Of a stretch of 64,000 nt of DNA, positions 39,712 through 51,824 are shown piece after piece. The translations under genes were made by a program, and so were the position numbers. Position 1 is the stretch's first letter, and each line of letters starts with the position of its first letter. The DNA lies in the NCBI RefSeq assembly GCF_004010195.1, contig NC_057719.1, forward strand, positions 51,776,920-51,840,919. The letters run 5' to 3'. The DNA comes from Chiloscyllium plagiosum (Eukaryota). The notes below the pieces were generated by a model. It was not told where the DNA came from, made no database searches, and saw nothing but the letters and a program-made list of their open reading frames with translations.

Positions 39712-39918
39712 GACTGGGAATTGGTTAGCTCAGTTGATTGGACAGCTGGTTTAAAACAGTGATGCCAACAGCATGTGTTCAATTCCTGCACTGGCTGAGG
39801 TTACCATGAAGAATTCTTCTCAATCTCTCCCCTTACCTGAGGTTTGGTGACCCTTAGGTTAAACCATCATTCTAATGACAGCGCAGCCTTATGGTCCAGT
39901 AGAACTATGGCAACTTTT
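39712..39918 (+). mobile_element. tRNA-derived SINE in L3HYPDH intron 3
   Basis: A-box TAGCTCAGTTG and B-box-like GTTCAATTCC, followed by a non-tRNA body ending CTATGGCAACTTT. Confidence 0.65.
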
Positions 39919-40472
39919 AATTTGATTTCAGCCATTAAACCGATTGATATTTCTCAGCTGAAACGATGAACAGGTTATTTTGAGTTTGTAAATCTAAAAA
40001 GTATTCAATGTTGATAGAAAACATTGCAAAGATGGAGGTGGAAGTTCCAATTATTGTCTAATTAGTACACAGCTCTATTTTAATCATAGCTCTGTGTTTT
40101 CAAGAGTTGCTCCAGTGCATGTGAAAATGTTCCCTATAATGGATTCTCCTGGAGCTGTGGTAAAGTCCGACATTTTCAAAATTATCAAATTTCAACTGAG
40201 CTTATCAATTCCATTTATACATAAAAATGAGAATATTTTGAAGAAGCTTGGATAGATACTTTCTTTTCCCTTTATTGCACGAAGAATGTCATGTTCAATT
40301 TGATTAATGAACTTGAATTGTAAATTGATTTTCCTAAAAAGAAACAAGTTTGAGAATTTCAAAACTGAAATTCAAAGATTTTATACCACTTTATATTTTG
40401 CAATTGGGTTAAATGAAATGACTAGAGATCATAAGTTTATTTTAATAAATTTTACTCAGTTATTTTGCCTAC

Positions 40473-40595
40473 CTGAGCATCTGCAAAAACACAGATATTT
40501 GCTGTTGGCTCTTCAGAAAATGCATCCTTTCCATCAGTTAATATAGTCCCATAGAGAAAAGCAAGGTCTTCACTGTCAGGATGGTGGAACTTAAC
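40473..40595 (-). CDS. L3HYPDH: L3HYPDH exon 3
   Basis: Acceptor ttttgtaacAG. Encodes VKFHHPDSEDLAFLYGTILTDGKDAFSEEPTANICVFADAQ. Donor GTAGGC. 123 nt. Not in the ORF track; translated by hand. Confidence 0.95.
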
Positions 40596-42127
40596 CTGTT
40601 ACAAAAATAAAGCAGGATTTGATATTAACCTTTTGAATCAATTGTAATACTTGTTTTTTGGTAGATACCAGCTGAAAGTCTATTTTAATAGTTAAGTATT
40701 TTCAAACTTAATTACTTCTCAGAATCTCAATTTGAACAGACAACCGTTAATCAAACTACTATTTGGTATGAAAATAGTTAAACACTCAACCTGACAGTAG
40801 GAAATTGGATATTCTTCACAGAGGACAAGAGTGAATTCTGACCAAACCATTGGTGGGTAATGCTCACAATATAAAACTCTTTTACACGTTAGCTTACTAG
40901 ATCAGAAGTAAACTAATCAAAGTCAAATACATGCCCTCTGTAATATTTTTAATAATAAAGAAAATCATAAGCTAGGTAACTTATTTTCCTAATTTTGAAT
41001 TCTCCTCCACACACCCTGGAGACTGAGTAAGAATACAGCTCTTGAAAGGTGGAGGGACTTTTCCCTCCAGAACTGACCTGCCAAAAATATAATCTGTTAA
41101 TAGTATTGCTTGGTGTATAAGGAGTGTTTCATTTGGTGGACTACTACATGCTATTGATGGACATATGTTCCAGTCAGTTGTGAAATGGAATGAACTTGTA
41201 TAAAACTGCTGAATTTTGAAATTAATACATATCAGCAATAGACTCCACCTTCAATTTACAGGGTTTTGTTTGGAATTTTGTTTTGCTTGAATCTCAAAAC
41301 CACTACATATGTTCTAACTTGTGATTTGATACAGCACTTCCAGAGTTCTAGAGATGCTCACAGCAACATTCTAAACCTAACTGGAAATTAATCTATTTTT
41401 GGCAGGAAACAGAAGTGATGTTTGAACAACAGCTTGTAATGGCAACCAGTACCTAGTTCACACTTATTAGCCACAAAATGTATGTGATTATAAATGAAAG
41501 AGTACATCGGTCATAGAGTTAACTTGGATGCCAAATTGGAAGGGTGAAGGCTTGTCATAATTAACTTCCAGATGGTTTCCTTCATTAACATGAAAGACAT
41601 CAATACTGATGCAGGGGCATCATAGAGAACTATACCTTTAGAGATAGCACAGGTTTGTCAGATAATAGCAAATTAATTTGCATGCAAACTCCTGACCATT
41701 AATGCAATGGAACACAGACTAGTCAACTGACTAGGCCGAAATGGAGATCAGTGCAGAGAAGTATAGTTTGGGAAAAACTATTCTGAACTGATACTGACCT
41801 TGAGTTAATAATATCAACTTTATTTTTATATCTACTATAGCTTCAACTTTTATTAATTAGGAGACTGAAAAAATTAATCCTGATGCAAATAGCGTAACTC
41901 ACTTCAAAATACGTAAGTACTGTCTTTAAGGCTTTATGGGATATTCAGGAAACATTTTAACCAAATCCTAGATTCAAAATCTGAGGTTATTATCCCAGGT
42001 TTGCAAGGTTGCCAGCTAGGGAAGTTATGCCAATTCCAAACCACGTGATGGATCTGCAACTGTCAGATCTTCTTGTTGAGCTTCCATCAACTTTCTGATC
42101 TGGAAAGGCTGAATATAAACAGCAGGT

Positions 42128-43527
42128 TTCAAACAAGGTTAGATCACATGGATTACAGGGAGAACTAGCCATATGGATACACAACTGGCTTGAAGGAAAA
42201 GACAGGGCTATGGTGGAGGGTTTCTTTTCAGACTGGAGGCCTGTCTGGTGTTGTGTGCCACAAGGATCGGTGCTGGATCCACTGCTTTTCATCATTATAT
42301 AAAATGAATTGGATGTGAACACAAGAGGTATAGTTAGTAAATTTGCAGATGACACTAAAATTGGAGGTGTAGTTCTCAGTCAAGTTCTCAACTCTGTTGT
42401 ATCGGAATACAATAGGATTTTAATCAGGTGGGCCAATGTGTCAAGATGTGGTGGACGGAGTTTCATTTAAATAAATGTGAGGTGGTGTTTTGGAAAAGCA
42501 AATCAGAGCAGGACCTATACACTAAATGGTAAGGTCCTGGGGAGTGTTGCTAAACCGAGAGCGCATGGAATGCAGGTTCACAGTTCCTTGAAAGTGGAGT
42601 CTCGGATAGATAGGACAGTGAAGAAGGTACTTAGCATGACTTTCCTTTATTGGTCAGAGCATCGAGTATAGGAGTTGGGAGGTCATGTTGCGGCTGTACA
42701 GGGCATTAGGCCCCCATTTTTGAAAAATTGTGTGCAATTCTGGTCTCTTTTATCAGAAGGATGTTGTGAAACTTGAAAGGTCATCATTGTTGAAAGATTT
42801 GAGCTATAGGGAGAGGCTGAATAGGTTGGGGTTGTTTTCCCTGGAGCGTCAGAGGCTGAGGGGTGACCTTATAGAGATTTAGAAAATCATTAGATTAGAT
42901 TACTTACAGCGTGGAAACAGGCCCTTCGGCCCAACAAGTCCACACCGACCCGCTGAAGCGCAATCCACCCATACCCTTACATTTACCCCTTACCTAACAC
43001 TACAGGCAATTTAGCATGGCCAATTCACCTGACCTGCACATCTTTAGACTGCGGGAGGAAACCCACGCAGACACGGGGAGAAAGTGCAAACTCCACACAG
43101 TCAGTCGCCTGAGGCGGGAATTGAACCTGGATCTCAGGCGCTGTGAGGCAGCAGTGCTAACCACTGTGCCACCCACTATGAGAGGCATGGATAGGGTAAA
43201 TAGACAAGGTCATTTCCCTGGGGTAGGGGAGTCCAGAACTAGAGGGCATAAATTTAGGCTGACAGTGGAAAGATCTTAAATGGACCTTGCAGCAACTTTT
43301 TCATGCAAAGGGTGTTGAGTGTATGGATTGAGCTGCCAGAGAAAGTGGTGGAGCTGGTACAATTACAACATTTAAAAGGTATCTGGATGAGTACATGAAT
43401 GGGAAAGGTTTAAGAGGGATATGAGCCAAGTGCTGGAAAATGGACTGGATTAATTTAGTATATCTGGTCAGCAAGGACGGGTTGGACTTAAGGGTCTGTT
43501 TCTGTGCTGTACATCTTTATGACTATG
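42128..43527 (+). mobile_element. CR1 LINE 3' fragment in L3HYPDH intron 2
   Basis: VPQGSVL, FADD, CVQFWS and RTRGH motifs with a CTATGACT-like tail. Confidence 0.9.
42890..43174 (-). mobile_element. HE1-type SINE nested in CR1
   Basis: Interrupts the host at AAAATCAT|GAGAGGCATGG. Confidence 0.92.
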
Positions 43528-43797
43528 TTCATTAATATCAAAAGTTTTGGCATTCAGTTAGGTTTATAAGGTCTAATTTCAGTATAGTTATTGTCAGGAG
43601 TGCATAATGTTATGGTTTAATTTGTTCCGCACAACTAGTTGACATAGGAGGGATCTGCACTTCCATATGGGGTGCAACTTAAATTTGCAGAGTTTCTTAG
43701 CCACTGCAGAAAACAAAGGCACAGAAAGCATTTATAGTCAGAGTACAGAAAGGTGCAATACTGATTAGACAAAACAATATTTGGCTCCTTTACATAC

Positions 43798-43967
43798 ATG
43801 TGTTTTCACAGTATTAGTGACAGATACTGCTGCATTTACAAGATCCTGGGTCTTGGAGGAACAAACATCTAAACCAAAACGATCTGCGCTCACAAATGCA
43901 TAAAAAGCACCTCCATATGCAATATCCACTGCAATCTTCCCAAATCCTTGTACATCAACAGTAACAT
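43798..43967 (-). CDS. L3HYPDH: L3HYPDH exon 2
   Basis: Acceptor tctctttcAG. Encodes (D)VTVDVQGFGKIAVDIAYGGAFYAFV...VKTH. Donor GTATGT. 170 nt, restores phase 0. Confidence 0.95.
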
Positions 43968-44512
43968 CTGAAAGAGAGGAGAGTAAACTAGTACTGTATG
44001 TTGTTTGTATGTGTAGGTACAATAGCTCTGAATTGTGCCATCCGTAAATGCAAAAGGTATAGCTAATGGCTTGGAGATCTACAACAAAGAAAAAGGCCTT
44101 TTGTGTTGGTCAAAATGCAGCACCAAACTATTCTAATCCCGTTTTCTTGGCTCGTGGCAACGTCTAATGGCAAGTGCGCATGTAAATACTTAATGTTACG
44201 ATGCGTTGAATGTATTTCCAGGCACCTGCAGCTAAAAGCGCCAACTGGATGAACTTGTCAAAATGTTGAAAGATAGTACTTTGCACCTGTGGAGGGAGTG
44301 ACCGTGTTCAAGGTGTTCTGTTCTGACAGTCATTGACCTCAAAGATTAAAACCTGTTCTTTCTCCGGATCAGCCCAGTGTGTTGTCTTTTCATCGCTAGT
44401 TCAGAGTTCCACTGGTGCGTTTTGTTTAAATTCACTTTAATCTCGGACAATGCAAACCCTGCTGCCTGTGTAGCCACAGGCGATGGTGCTGAACCTCCAG
44501 CCCCGGCTCCTG

Positions 44513-44532
44513 TCTCTCTCTCTCTCTCTCTC
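44513..44532 (+). repeat. (TC)n microsatellite at the start of L3HYPDH intron 1
   Basis: About 10 TC units, directly visible. Confidence 0.9.
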
Positions 44533-44534
44533 AC

Positions 44535-45015
44535 CTGTAGCGAATACGAATGCGGGGACGCTGTGGAAGCGGACCCTCCCGCTCTTGCCCTTGTCGTATT
44601 GCACGAAAGCCCGGACTAGGCCGCAAGGGCAGTGGATGTTGACCTGGGTTTCGGGGGAGCTGGGCTCTTTGATCAGGCCGTAGTCCAGGGCGAAGCGGCC
44701 GAGGGCGAGCACGGCGTGCCCGCACATGGTGCTGTAGCCCTGGTTGTGCATGAAGAGGACGCCGAGGTGAGCGTCCGGCCGCTCGGAGCCCACCAGCAGC
44801 GCGCCGTACATGTCCTTGTGGCCGCGGGGCTCGAACATCAGCCTCCGCCGCAGGCCGTCCAGCCGCTCCCGCACATAGCGCCGCTGGCTGAGGATGTCGC
44901 CCGCCGGCACCGGGGGGAAGCCGCCGGTGATGATCCGGAGCGGCTCACCGCCCGTGTGCATGTCCAGCACCGAGAGCACGGAGCCCGACCCCAGCGGCTG
45001 TCCCACTGGCTCCAT
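44535..45015 (-). CDS. L3HYPDH: L3HYPDH exon 1 (proline racemase family; trans-3-hydroxy-L-proline dehydratase orthologue)
   Basis: ATG at 45015. Encodes DMHTGGEPLRI, FEPRGHKDMYG and YSTMCGH (first catalytic Cys98, codon 44722-44724). Donor ACAG|GTGAG, phase 1, 481 nt. Confidence 0.96.
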
Positions 45016-45171
45016 CCCAACCCGGGGAGGACAGGGCAGGGGGCGGGGTCACAGCTAGCCCCACCCCAACAGGAAGTCAGGTGTCGATTAGCCCACAGCC
45101 GGAAGTGGATGGGCAACGGAGGCGGAAGTGTCGTCACATTGGGATGGAAGCGGCTGTTGTTGGAAATAAAT
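45016..45171. promoter_or_regulatory. Bidirectional promoter of L3HYPDH and JKAMP, within a CpG island (about 44480-45150)
   Basis: 156 nt between the divergent ATGs. GC box GGGGCGGGG at 45040-45048. Three ETS/GABP-type GGAAGT sites at 45070-45077, 45099-45107 and 45122-45130. CpG-rich compared with the rest of the window. Confidence 0.8.
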
Positions 45172-45175
45172 ATGG
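45172..45175 (+). CDS. JKAMP: JKAMP exon 1 coding part (ATG G)
   Basis: aaatATGG|GTAAG in the CpG island. The phase 1 donor matches the phase of exon 2 (G+AT = Asp). Confidence 0.75.
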
Positions 45176-45327
45176 GTAAGGGGTCTTGTCCTCCTCAGTA
45201 TTGTGTTTGGGTGGGGGTAAGGGGTCTCGTCCTCCTCAGTATTGTGTTTGGGTGGGGGTAAGGGGCCTCGTCCTCCTCAGTATTGTGTTTGGGTGGGGGT
45301 TAAGGGGCCTCGTCCTCCTCAGTATTG
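45174..45327 (+). repeat. 41-bp G-rich minisatellite, about 3.7 copies
   Basis: Unit GTAAGGGG(T/C)CT(T/C)GTCCTCCTCAGTATTGTGTTTGGGTGGGG starting at 45176, 45217, 45258 and about 45299. Confidence 0.95.
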
Positions 45328-45900
45328 CTCTTGGACCCTTCAGCAATGTATCAGAAAACACTAGGCTGTCTCTGTCGCCCAATGTAAACCAAACTATCCT
45401 CCCCCCCCCAACACATTTTCTTTTACTCAAGGGCGTGACTGATAACCAACTTAGAGCTTATAAAAATATTAATGTTACCTACTGGCTACTGGTCATACAA
45501 GGCCTTTAATGCATCTTTACCATGTATTTAGATAAAGGTATATCAATAAGTTGATTTCTTTGAATCTTTAAACACACCAAAGTAATTCTGTACCGCGTTG
45601 GTCTTAAAATTGAGCTATTTCTGTGCTGTTGGGAGCCACAACAAATCACTGCATATCTCCTCCATGACTCAGTTTTCAAAACTCTGTTGGAACCTTGTCA
45701 TAACTTTTGATTGTATGATTGTATGCGACTTTCTGTTAGCTTTGTTGAAAAGTCCATAGTGGAATAATGACTTTTAAAAAAATACATATTCTATTTTCCT
45801 GTTATTTTTGCTTTTATTTAGATACTAGTGATTCTATGATAGTTGTGAACTGAAGATAACTGCATTTATATGAATTTCTCCCAAACATTGCTCACACATA

Positions 45901-46153
45901 ATTAGATTAGATTACTTAGTGTGGAAACAAGCCCTTCGGCCCAACAAGTCCACACCGACCCGCTGAAGCGCAACCCACCCAGACCCATTCCCCTACATTT
46001 AGCTGACACTACGGGCAATCTAGCATAGCTAATTCACCTAACCTGCACATATTTGGACTGTGGGAGGAAACTAGAGCACCTGGAGGAAACCCATGCAGAA
46101 TGGGGAGAACATGCAAACTCCACACAGTCAGTCACCTGAGGTGGAAATTGAAC
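45901..46153 (-). mobile_element. HE1-type SINE, 5'-truncated
   Basis: (ATTAG)n tail and central domain on the reverse strand. Confidence 0.88.
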
Positions 46154-48943
46154 TTTGTGCATGTTCTGATTGGAAGCAAAGTGATTTAATTTATTAAGGC
46201 TGTTATATGATTTCAAATTGTTGTAAACAAATTAACTGATTCAGGAGATAAATGATCAGCTAATACGTGAGTATGATTTATGATGCCTTCTATTGTAATA
46301 TTGGCTGTAAGAACTGGCAGTATTTCGGCGATTACTCAAAAGTCATCAAAATTAACTAGCTCGTTGAAAAAGGCTTTAGACTTTAAATAGAATTCCAACT
46401 GCAGTCACATTAAATCTAATTAACTTATATCAATAATGGTTATTGAATAATTCTCCTTTGTAAGGACAACGTAACAGAACAGGCTACTATTTTGTAATAC
46501 CCATCAATGTCTGCTGTTCTCACGTATACATTCATTTAAATTGTTTAAGTTAATAAAGTTAGTGTTTCACTTTTTCCACCTCTATCAATCTGGCTTGGTA
46601 TGTTTGAACAATGACTCTTGTCCTCCTGAAACAGAGTTTGCAAAGTGGGAAGTACCACCAGTGAGTTTGGGTGGATGCATTGCGTTATGTACATTTTAGG
46701 CATACATGCAATAATTGGTGATGAAAGGGATTATATTAGGCCATGTAGCAGAAATGTTAATCAGTCTAATTACTTTATCCTAGGATCAAGGATCCTTGAA
46801 GCTTTCACAAATTGATCTTAACCTCTCAATGATTGGTAATACTTACTTGATATTCAGAATTGAATAGGCAGAATTGCCTCCAATCAAATGTTAGGAAGGG
46901 AGTAGTTATTACCTGAAGGTCTCATAATGTGCACAGTTTTTGACACCTTGGATTTTGAAGTTGAACCAGACAGCTGGCATCCTTGCTATCCCTGAGTGAG
47001 CATCCACATCCTCCCTGCATACTTCACTGACTAGTCTTTCTTCATAACATACCCTGTCTTTGACCCTGCATCACTACAGCTACTACTGAAACTCTCGTCC
47101 ATCACTTTTTAACTTCTGCATTCACAATGCAAATATCTTATGGCTAGTCTCCTACCTTGCATTCTTGTTAAACTTGCCTTCTTTTCCTAACTACCAAGTT
47201 CTGTACACAAGTTACCGCACTCCTTACTCATTGGCTTCTGATCCTACAGCATCTGTTGTAAATCTCAACTATTTTCAAATCTTCCTTGTTCTTACTCTCT
47301 AAACCTCTGTAACCTTATGCACCCCTTCAATCCTCTGCGGTCTGTGTACTCCAGTTCTGACTTGTATCCCATTCTTAATTTTCTTCTGTTGCCTAGGATC
47401 CAAGCATTGGCATTTTGGTGTAGCAGAGCATTGTGTGTGTACGTACACCAAATAGACTGCAGTAGTTCACAAAGTTAACTTGCTACAATTTTCTCAAGGG
47501 TAACTGAGAATGGGCAAAACGTTCTGGCCTATCTAGCAACTCTGTTTCTGAATGAATAAAATATTGTCTAAATGAACTTTTTCACTGCTTTCCCTCACTT
47601 TAAGATGCTAATTAAATCTTACCTTTTTTGATCACTTCTCTTAAATTCTCATTAGATAAATTAATCAGGAGGCATAGGCTACTTGGCCCCTTCTGTGCCT
47701 TTAAGTAAGATCATGAATTATCTCATTGTGGCCTTAACACCACTTTTTTGCCGACCTCCCATAACCCTTGAATCCCTTTGATACAATTTCATTGCAACTC
47801 AGCCTTGAATGTATTCAGTATTTGAGTCTCCAAAATAATTCCAAAGACTAAAACTGAGAGGAGAAATGCATCCTCATTTTTGTTTTAAACTGGAGACCCC
47901 TGATTTTTAAACTATGCTCCAAGTTTTAGATTTCCCACAGATAAAACATCCTCTATCCTCTCAGTATCTACACTAACAATCACAAAAACAAACTTACAAA
48001 TTTCAGTAAAATCACTTTGTCTTCTAAACTTCAACCTTTTCTTATAAGACACTCACTTCACCCCAGGATTCAGCATATTGAACCTTCTCTGAACTGCTAA
48101 TTACAGTCATGAGCCTGTAAAACTTCCCGTATGTCTCAATTTAACAACTTGTTTGATCATGTTCCTTTGTAGCACTTTACCATTAAACACAAGTTATTGC
48201 AGGTCTATCCATCTGAATAAGTAGCTAGAATTCAATCACACACTTGACTTCATTCATCTAAATGGAGATGATAATTTAATGGTTTTGGACTTGCCCAGAC
48301 CAAACATAACCAGACATGTTGAAATCTTGAGTAAACCATTCTTTTGGGGACAAGGAAAAGGCATCAGGCAAAGATGATGGGGAATGTAAATTCTCAAAAT
48401 ATAAATTCAGTGACTGGAAAACTCCTGTGTAGATTATAACCCATTCCAATCGGATCATGGAATGTCACACCGGGGGGCTGTCAAGCAACTTCAGGTAAGG
48501 ATAGAAGGGTTGTTGGACTCAATGCTAACTGTTTTCTCTCCACAGATTTTGCCAGACTTGCTAAGTTTCCCTAGCAATTTCTGGTTTGTTTATTTAAGGG
48601 ATTCCTGTGTTACGTTAACCTTGGTTTGACCAACTGAAGTGTGGAGGATAGGGTTTGAATCATTCAGGATTATAATAAATTGGCACTCACCTGGAATCAT
48701 AATGAATGTGGGAACCTTGCCTGTGGATCAGTGGTAACAATTATTAATATTGCTGCTCCTGTTCAACTTCTGATCAATGATGATCTATGTTAGAAGTCTC
48801 AATAAAGGTCAAGGAAAGGTGCATGAGTACTTTGAAATGGCTAATGCCTGCAAAATGTTAGCTACCATTTCCAAGTCCAAGCCTGAATTTTCAGTAGGTC
48901 CTAAAGCAGACTGGCATGGGATGCTTCAAGAATTTAATTAAAT

Positions 48944-49584
48944 TCAAAGTTTGGGAGAAGATTTGTAGCTCAGGTGCTCGTTGTTGTGGTTCTGTTCACC
49001 GAGCTGGGAATTTGTGTTGCAGACGTTTTGTCCCCTGTCTAGGTGACATCCTCAGTGCTTGGGAGCCTCCTGTGAAGCGCTTCTGTGATGTTTCCTCCGG
49101 CATTTGTAGTGGTTTGAATCTGCCGCTTCCGGTTGTCAGTTCCAGCTGTTCACTGCAGTGGTCAGGCCTCCTACACTCAAAGCGCTTGGAAGAATGAGAG
49201 GTTATACAATCATGGAGTAGTACAGGATAGCAAAAAGCCCTTCAGCCCACTGCATCCGTACCCATCAAACAACTATCTACATTAATCCAATTTCCTGACA
49301 CTAGGCCCATTGTCTTTAGATGGCTAAGGTGTTCCTACCTCAAAAGAGTAATCAGATTGAAACATACAAGATTGAAAAGGGGCTCAACACTGAAAGGTAA
49401 TCTCCCCCTGCCTGGGCATCCAGAACACAGGGCTACAGTCTCACAGGAAATAAATGACCACAACAAATGCCGGAGGAAAGATAACACAAGCGCTTCACAG
49501 GAGGCTCCCAAGCACTGAGGATGTCACCTAGACAGGGGACGAAACATCTGCAACACAAATTCCCAGCTCGGTGAACAGAACCAC
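48944..49584. mobile_element. Penelope-like element with inverted terminal repeats and two hammerhead cores
   Basis: About 48981-49110 is the reverse complement of about 49460-49586. A 13-bp direct repeat AATTTAATTAAAT lies at 48931-48943 and 49585-49597. Confidence 0.8.
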
Positions 49585-49942
49585 AATTTAATTAAATATT
49601 CTGGAAACCTCAGCAAACAACTCCAATCCTGATCTTTGATGAAGTAATTGTAGTTGCTTGGGCCACAAACACTTCCATTACAAACTTTTGGCAAGATTAC
49701 CATGACTGTGATGAAAGTTCTCTGACTCACAACTACCTTTTATTGTACGTGATGTGAATTTACCATTGGAATTATTTTCCACTTGGTTTTGTTAGGGTTC
49801 CATGATGTCATATTCTTCAATGCTTTGATATCTAGTTAGTTTTAAATGGTTTATAGTAATTATTATTCAAATATTTACATTATAATTGCATTAAAATTAG
49901 TTTAATGCTTGGGAAACTTGTTAAGAATGTTATTAATTTCAG

Positions 49943-50031
49943 ATGTTAATTTAATGTGCCCTGGATTATACTGTGGAAGGTCAACAATAGAAAACAGAAA
50001 TGACAGCCATCCACAGTTTGGAGAATGTGGG
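49943..50031 (+). CDS. JKAMP: JKAMP (JNK1/MAPK8-associated membrane protein) exon 2
   Basis: Acceptor aatttcAG. Encodes (D)VNLMCPGLYCGRSTIENRNDSHPQFGECG. Donor GTAAGT. 89 nt. Confidence 0.92.
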
Positions 50032-50229
50032 GTAAGTTTTGTATGTTTTTCATTTCTTGTGTAGAGTAAAACTGACAATGATTAAAGGCGCAATTAGCCC
50101 TTGGAGATCACAGGTTTACGCAAGTGGTTAGATGATAGCTGTTATTCAAGCAATTAAAAAAAATCCAGTATTTGTATATTCATTAATATTGAACAACTTT
50201 TGTGATTTATGTTTAGTATGTGAAACATA

Positions 50230-50388
50230 TACAGAGGAACCTTGATTATCTAAAGGATACAGGCGGGGAGTATTTTGTTTGGTTAATTGAATGCCAGATA
50301 AGTTTAGCCAAGTGTTGGGACCTTGCGATCTTGCTGGACAATCTGATATTCGGATAATCCAATGCCAGATAATCGCGGTTCCTCTGTA
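50230..50388. mobile_element. Tigger/pogo-like MITE
   Basis: TACAGAGGAACCTTGATTATCT and AGATAATCGCGGTTCCTCTGTA terminal inverted repeats with TA ends. Confidence 0.8.
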
Positions 50389-50468
50389 TTGATCATACAG
50401 TCAGGTCTGTATTTCATTCTAAATGTGTCTGGGTCTTCTATTTACAAATATGCTCATAGGACTCTAGA

Positions 50469-50680
50469 ATGATGTGGCAATGTCAGTGTTGGACTGGGGT
50501 GGACAAGGATATAAGTCACATGATACTAGATTATAGTCCAATAGGTTTATTTGAAATCACAAGCTTTCGGAGCACTGCTCTTTTGTCGGGTGAAGTCTAT
50601 GAAGCAGCACGCTCCGAAAAGCTTGTCATTTCAAATAAACCTGCTGGAATATAACATGGTGTTGTGTGACCTCTGACTAG
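50469..50680. mobile_element. Palindromic Penelope-like terminal fragment
   Basis: Back-to-back inverted copies of CCGAAAGCTTG...AAATAAACCT...TATAA. Confidence 0.7.
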
Positions 50681-51824
50681 CTCTCTGGAGGCAGTATTTT
50701 CTTAATTTTGCAATTAGCATTTGCAAGTTGGATTTATCAAAGTATAGAGCTAATGACTGCTATCTGTAAACTAAATTCAATATATGGTGCAGCAGCATTT
50801 GTTTTAATTATAGATAAAAATACTGAATAATTATTCATTTATTCACTGTTTAATCTTGTGTACTTGAAGGAGTGTATTTATATGTTCGAAGCAGACTTGT
50901 TGACTCCATAATTTCAATGAAAAATTATCATCCTGATGAGAGTCACTGAATAAACTGTCATTGATTTGCTTCTGGATTCAAGCTACAAGCATTAAGGTGC
51001 TGTGATTTTAGTTGAAATAGATTTGTAGTTTGAATTCCTAAAGAAATACAGGTTGGTTTTAGACATGCCACTCTCATCTTGATCTTATTTCCCAAATTGT
51101 ATGTTTTTCTCCTTCAAATCATCTAGCAAATCCTTCATTTTCTTGCATTTCAATTAAAACTAACTTAAATACACTTCTTTGAATGTAATCTTGTGCAGAA
51201 CTATTTTATACCTTCAGGTAGTCTACACTGGGTGAAAACAGCTGTTGGGTTCGTATGATGTTGAATGTGTTTTGGACTTCTATTGGCCAAATTGTAAAAA
51301 AGCAAACTTCTGAAATTGACAAAACTCTCAAAAAGCTAGACCGTGACATGAGAACTAAAACATAAGCACTTTAGAAGAATCTAGGAATGACGTAATTGGT
51401 AGAGCGAAGTCAAAATAGCTGAGTACCAAAGCTTTCTTTGTTTTGGCCAGGAACTGCTATTGAAATGTTTCCAAGCTGACTAGAGAGTTTCACCAAGGTA
51501 ATTAGAAATCTTGACGGTCTGACTTGACTAATGGGCTGAATGGTAAATAATATCTTTCGTAATTGGACAGTTCACATAATAGGTAATGATTGCATTAAAT
51601 CAGTTCCTTTTGATATGTAAAGAAAGATTCCTTGAGTACAGATTATTGTGGTGTTGCATTGACTGGCAATAGAGTACTTGATGCATGCTCAGGAGTACTA
51701 ATAATTCTGTTGTGCTTTGATATGATTACTTAGACGTTAGCACCATGCATGAAATCTTACTTGTATTAAAGAAAATATATCATCAAATTATTTCAGAAAT
51801 TGATTTTGAAGGGGTTAATGACTC

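Noticed and set aside
39715-39792. tRNA gene (also the HE1 heads)
   Set aside because: A and B boxes are present but there is no proper cloverleaf, and the sequence continues into a SINE body.
44437-44534. C-terminal GERERERDRS... tail of the 192-aa ORF
   Set aside because: Read-through into intron 1 past the GTGAG donor and the microsatellite.
44632-45261. 209-aa plus-strand ORF and other overlapping ORFs
   Set aside because: Antisense shadows of the GC-rich L3HYPDH exon 1 with no recognisable domain.
45174-45327. CRISPR-like array
   Set aside because: Contiguous tandem units with no unique spacers, in a vertebrate context with no cas genes.
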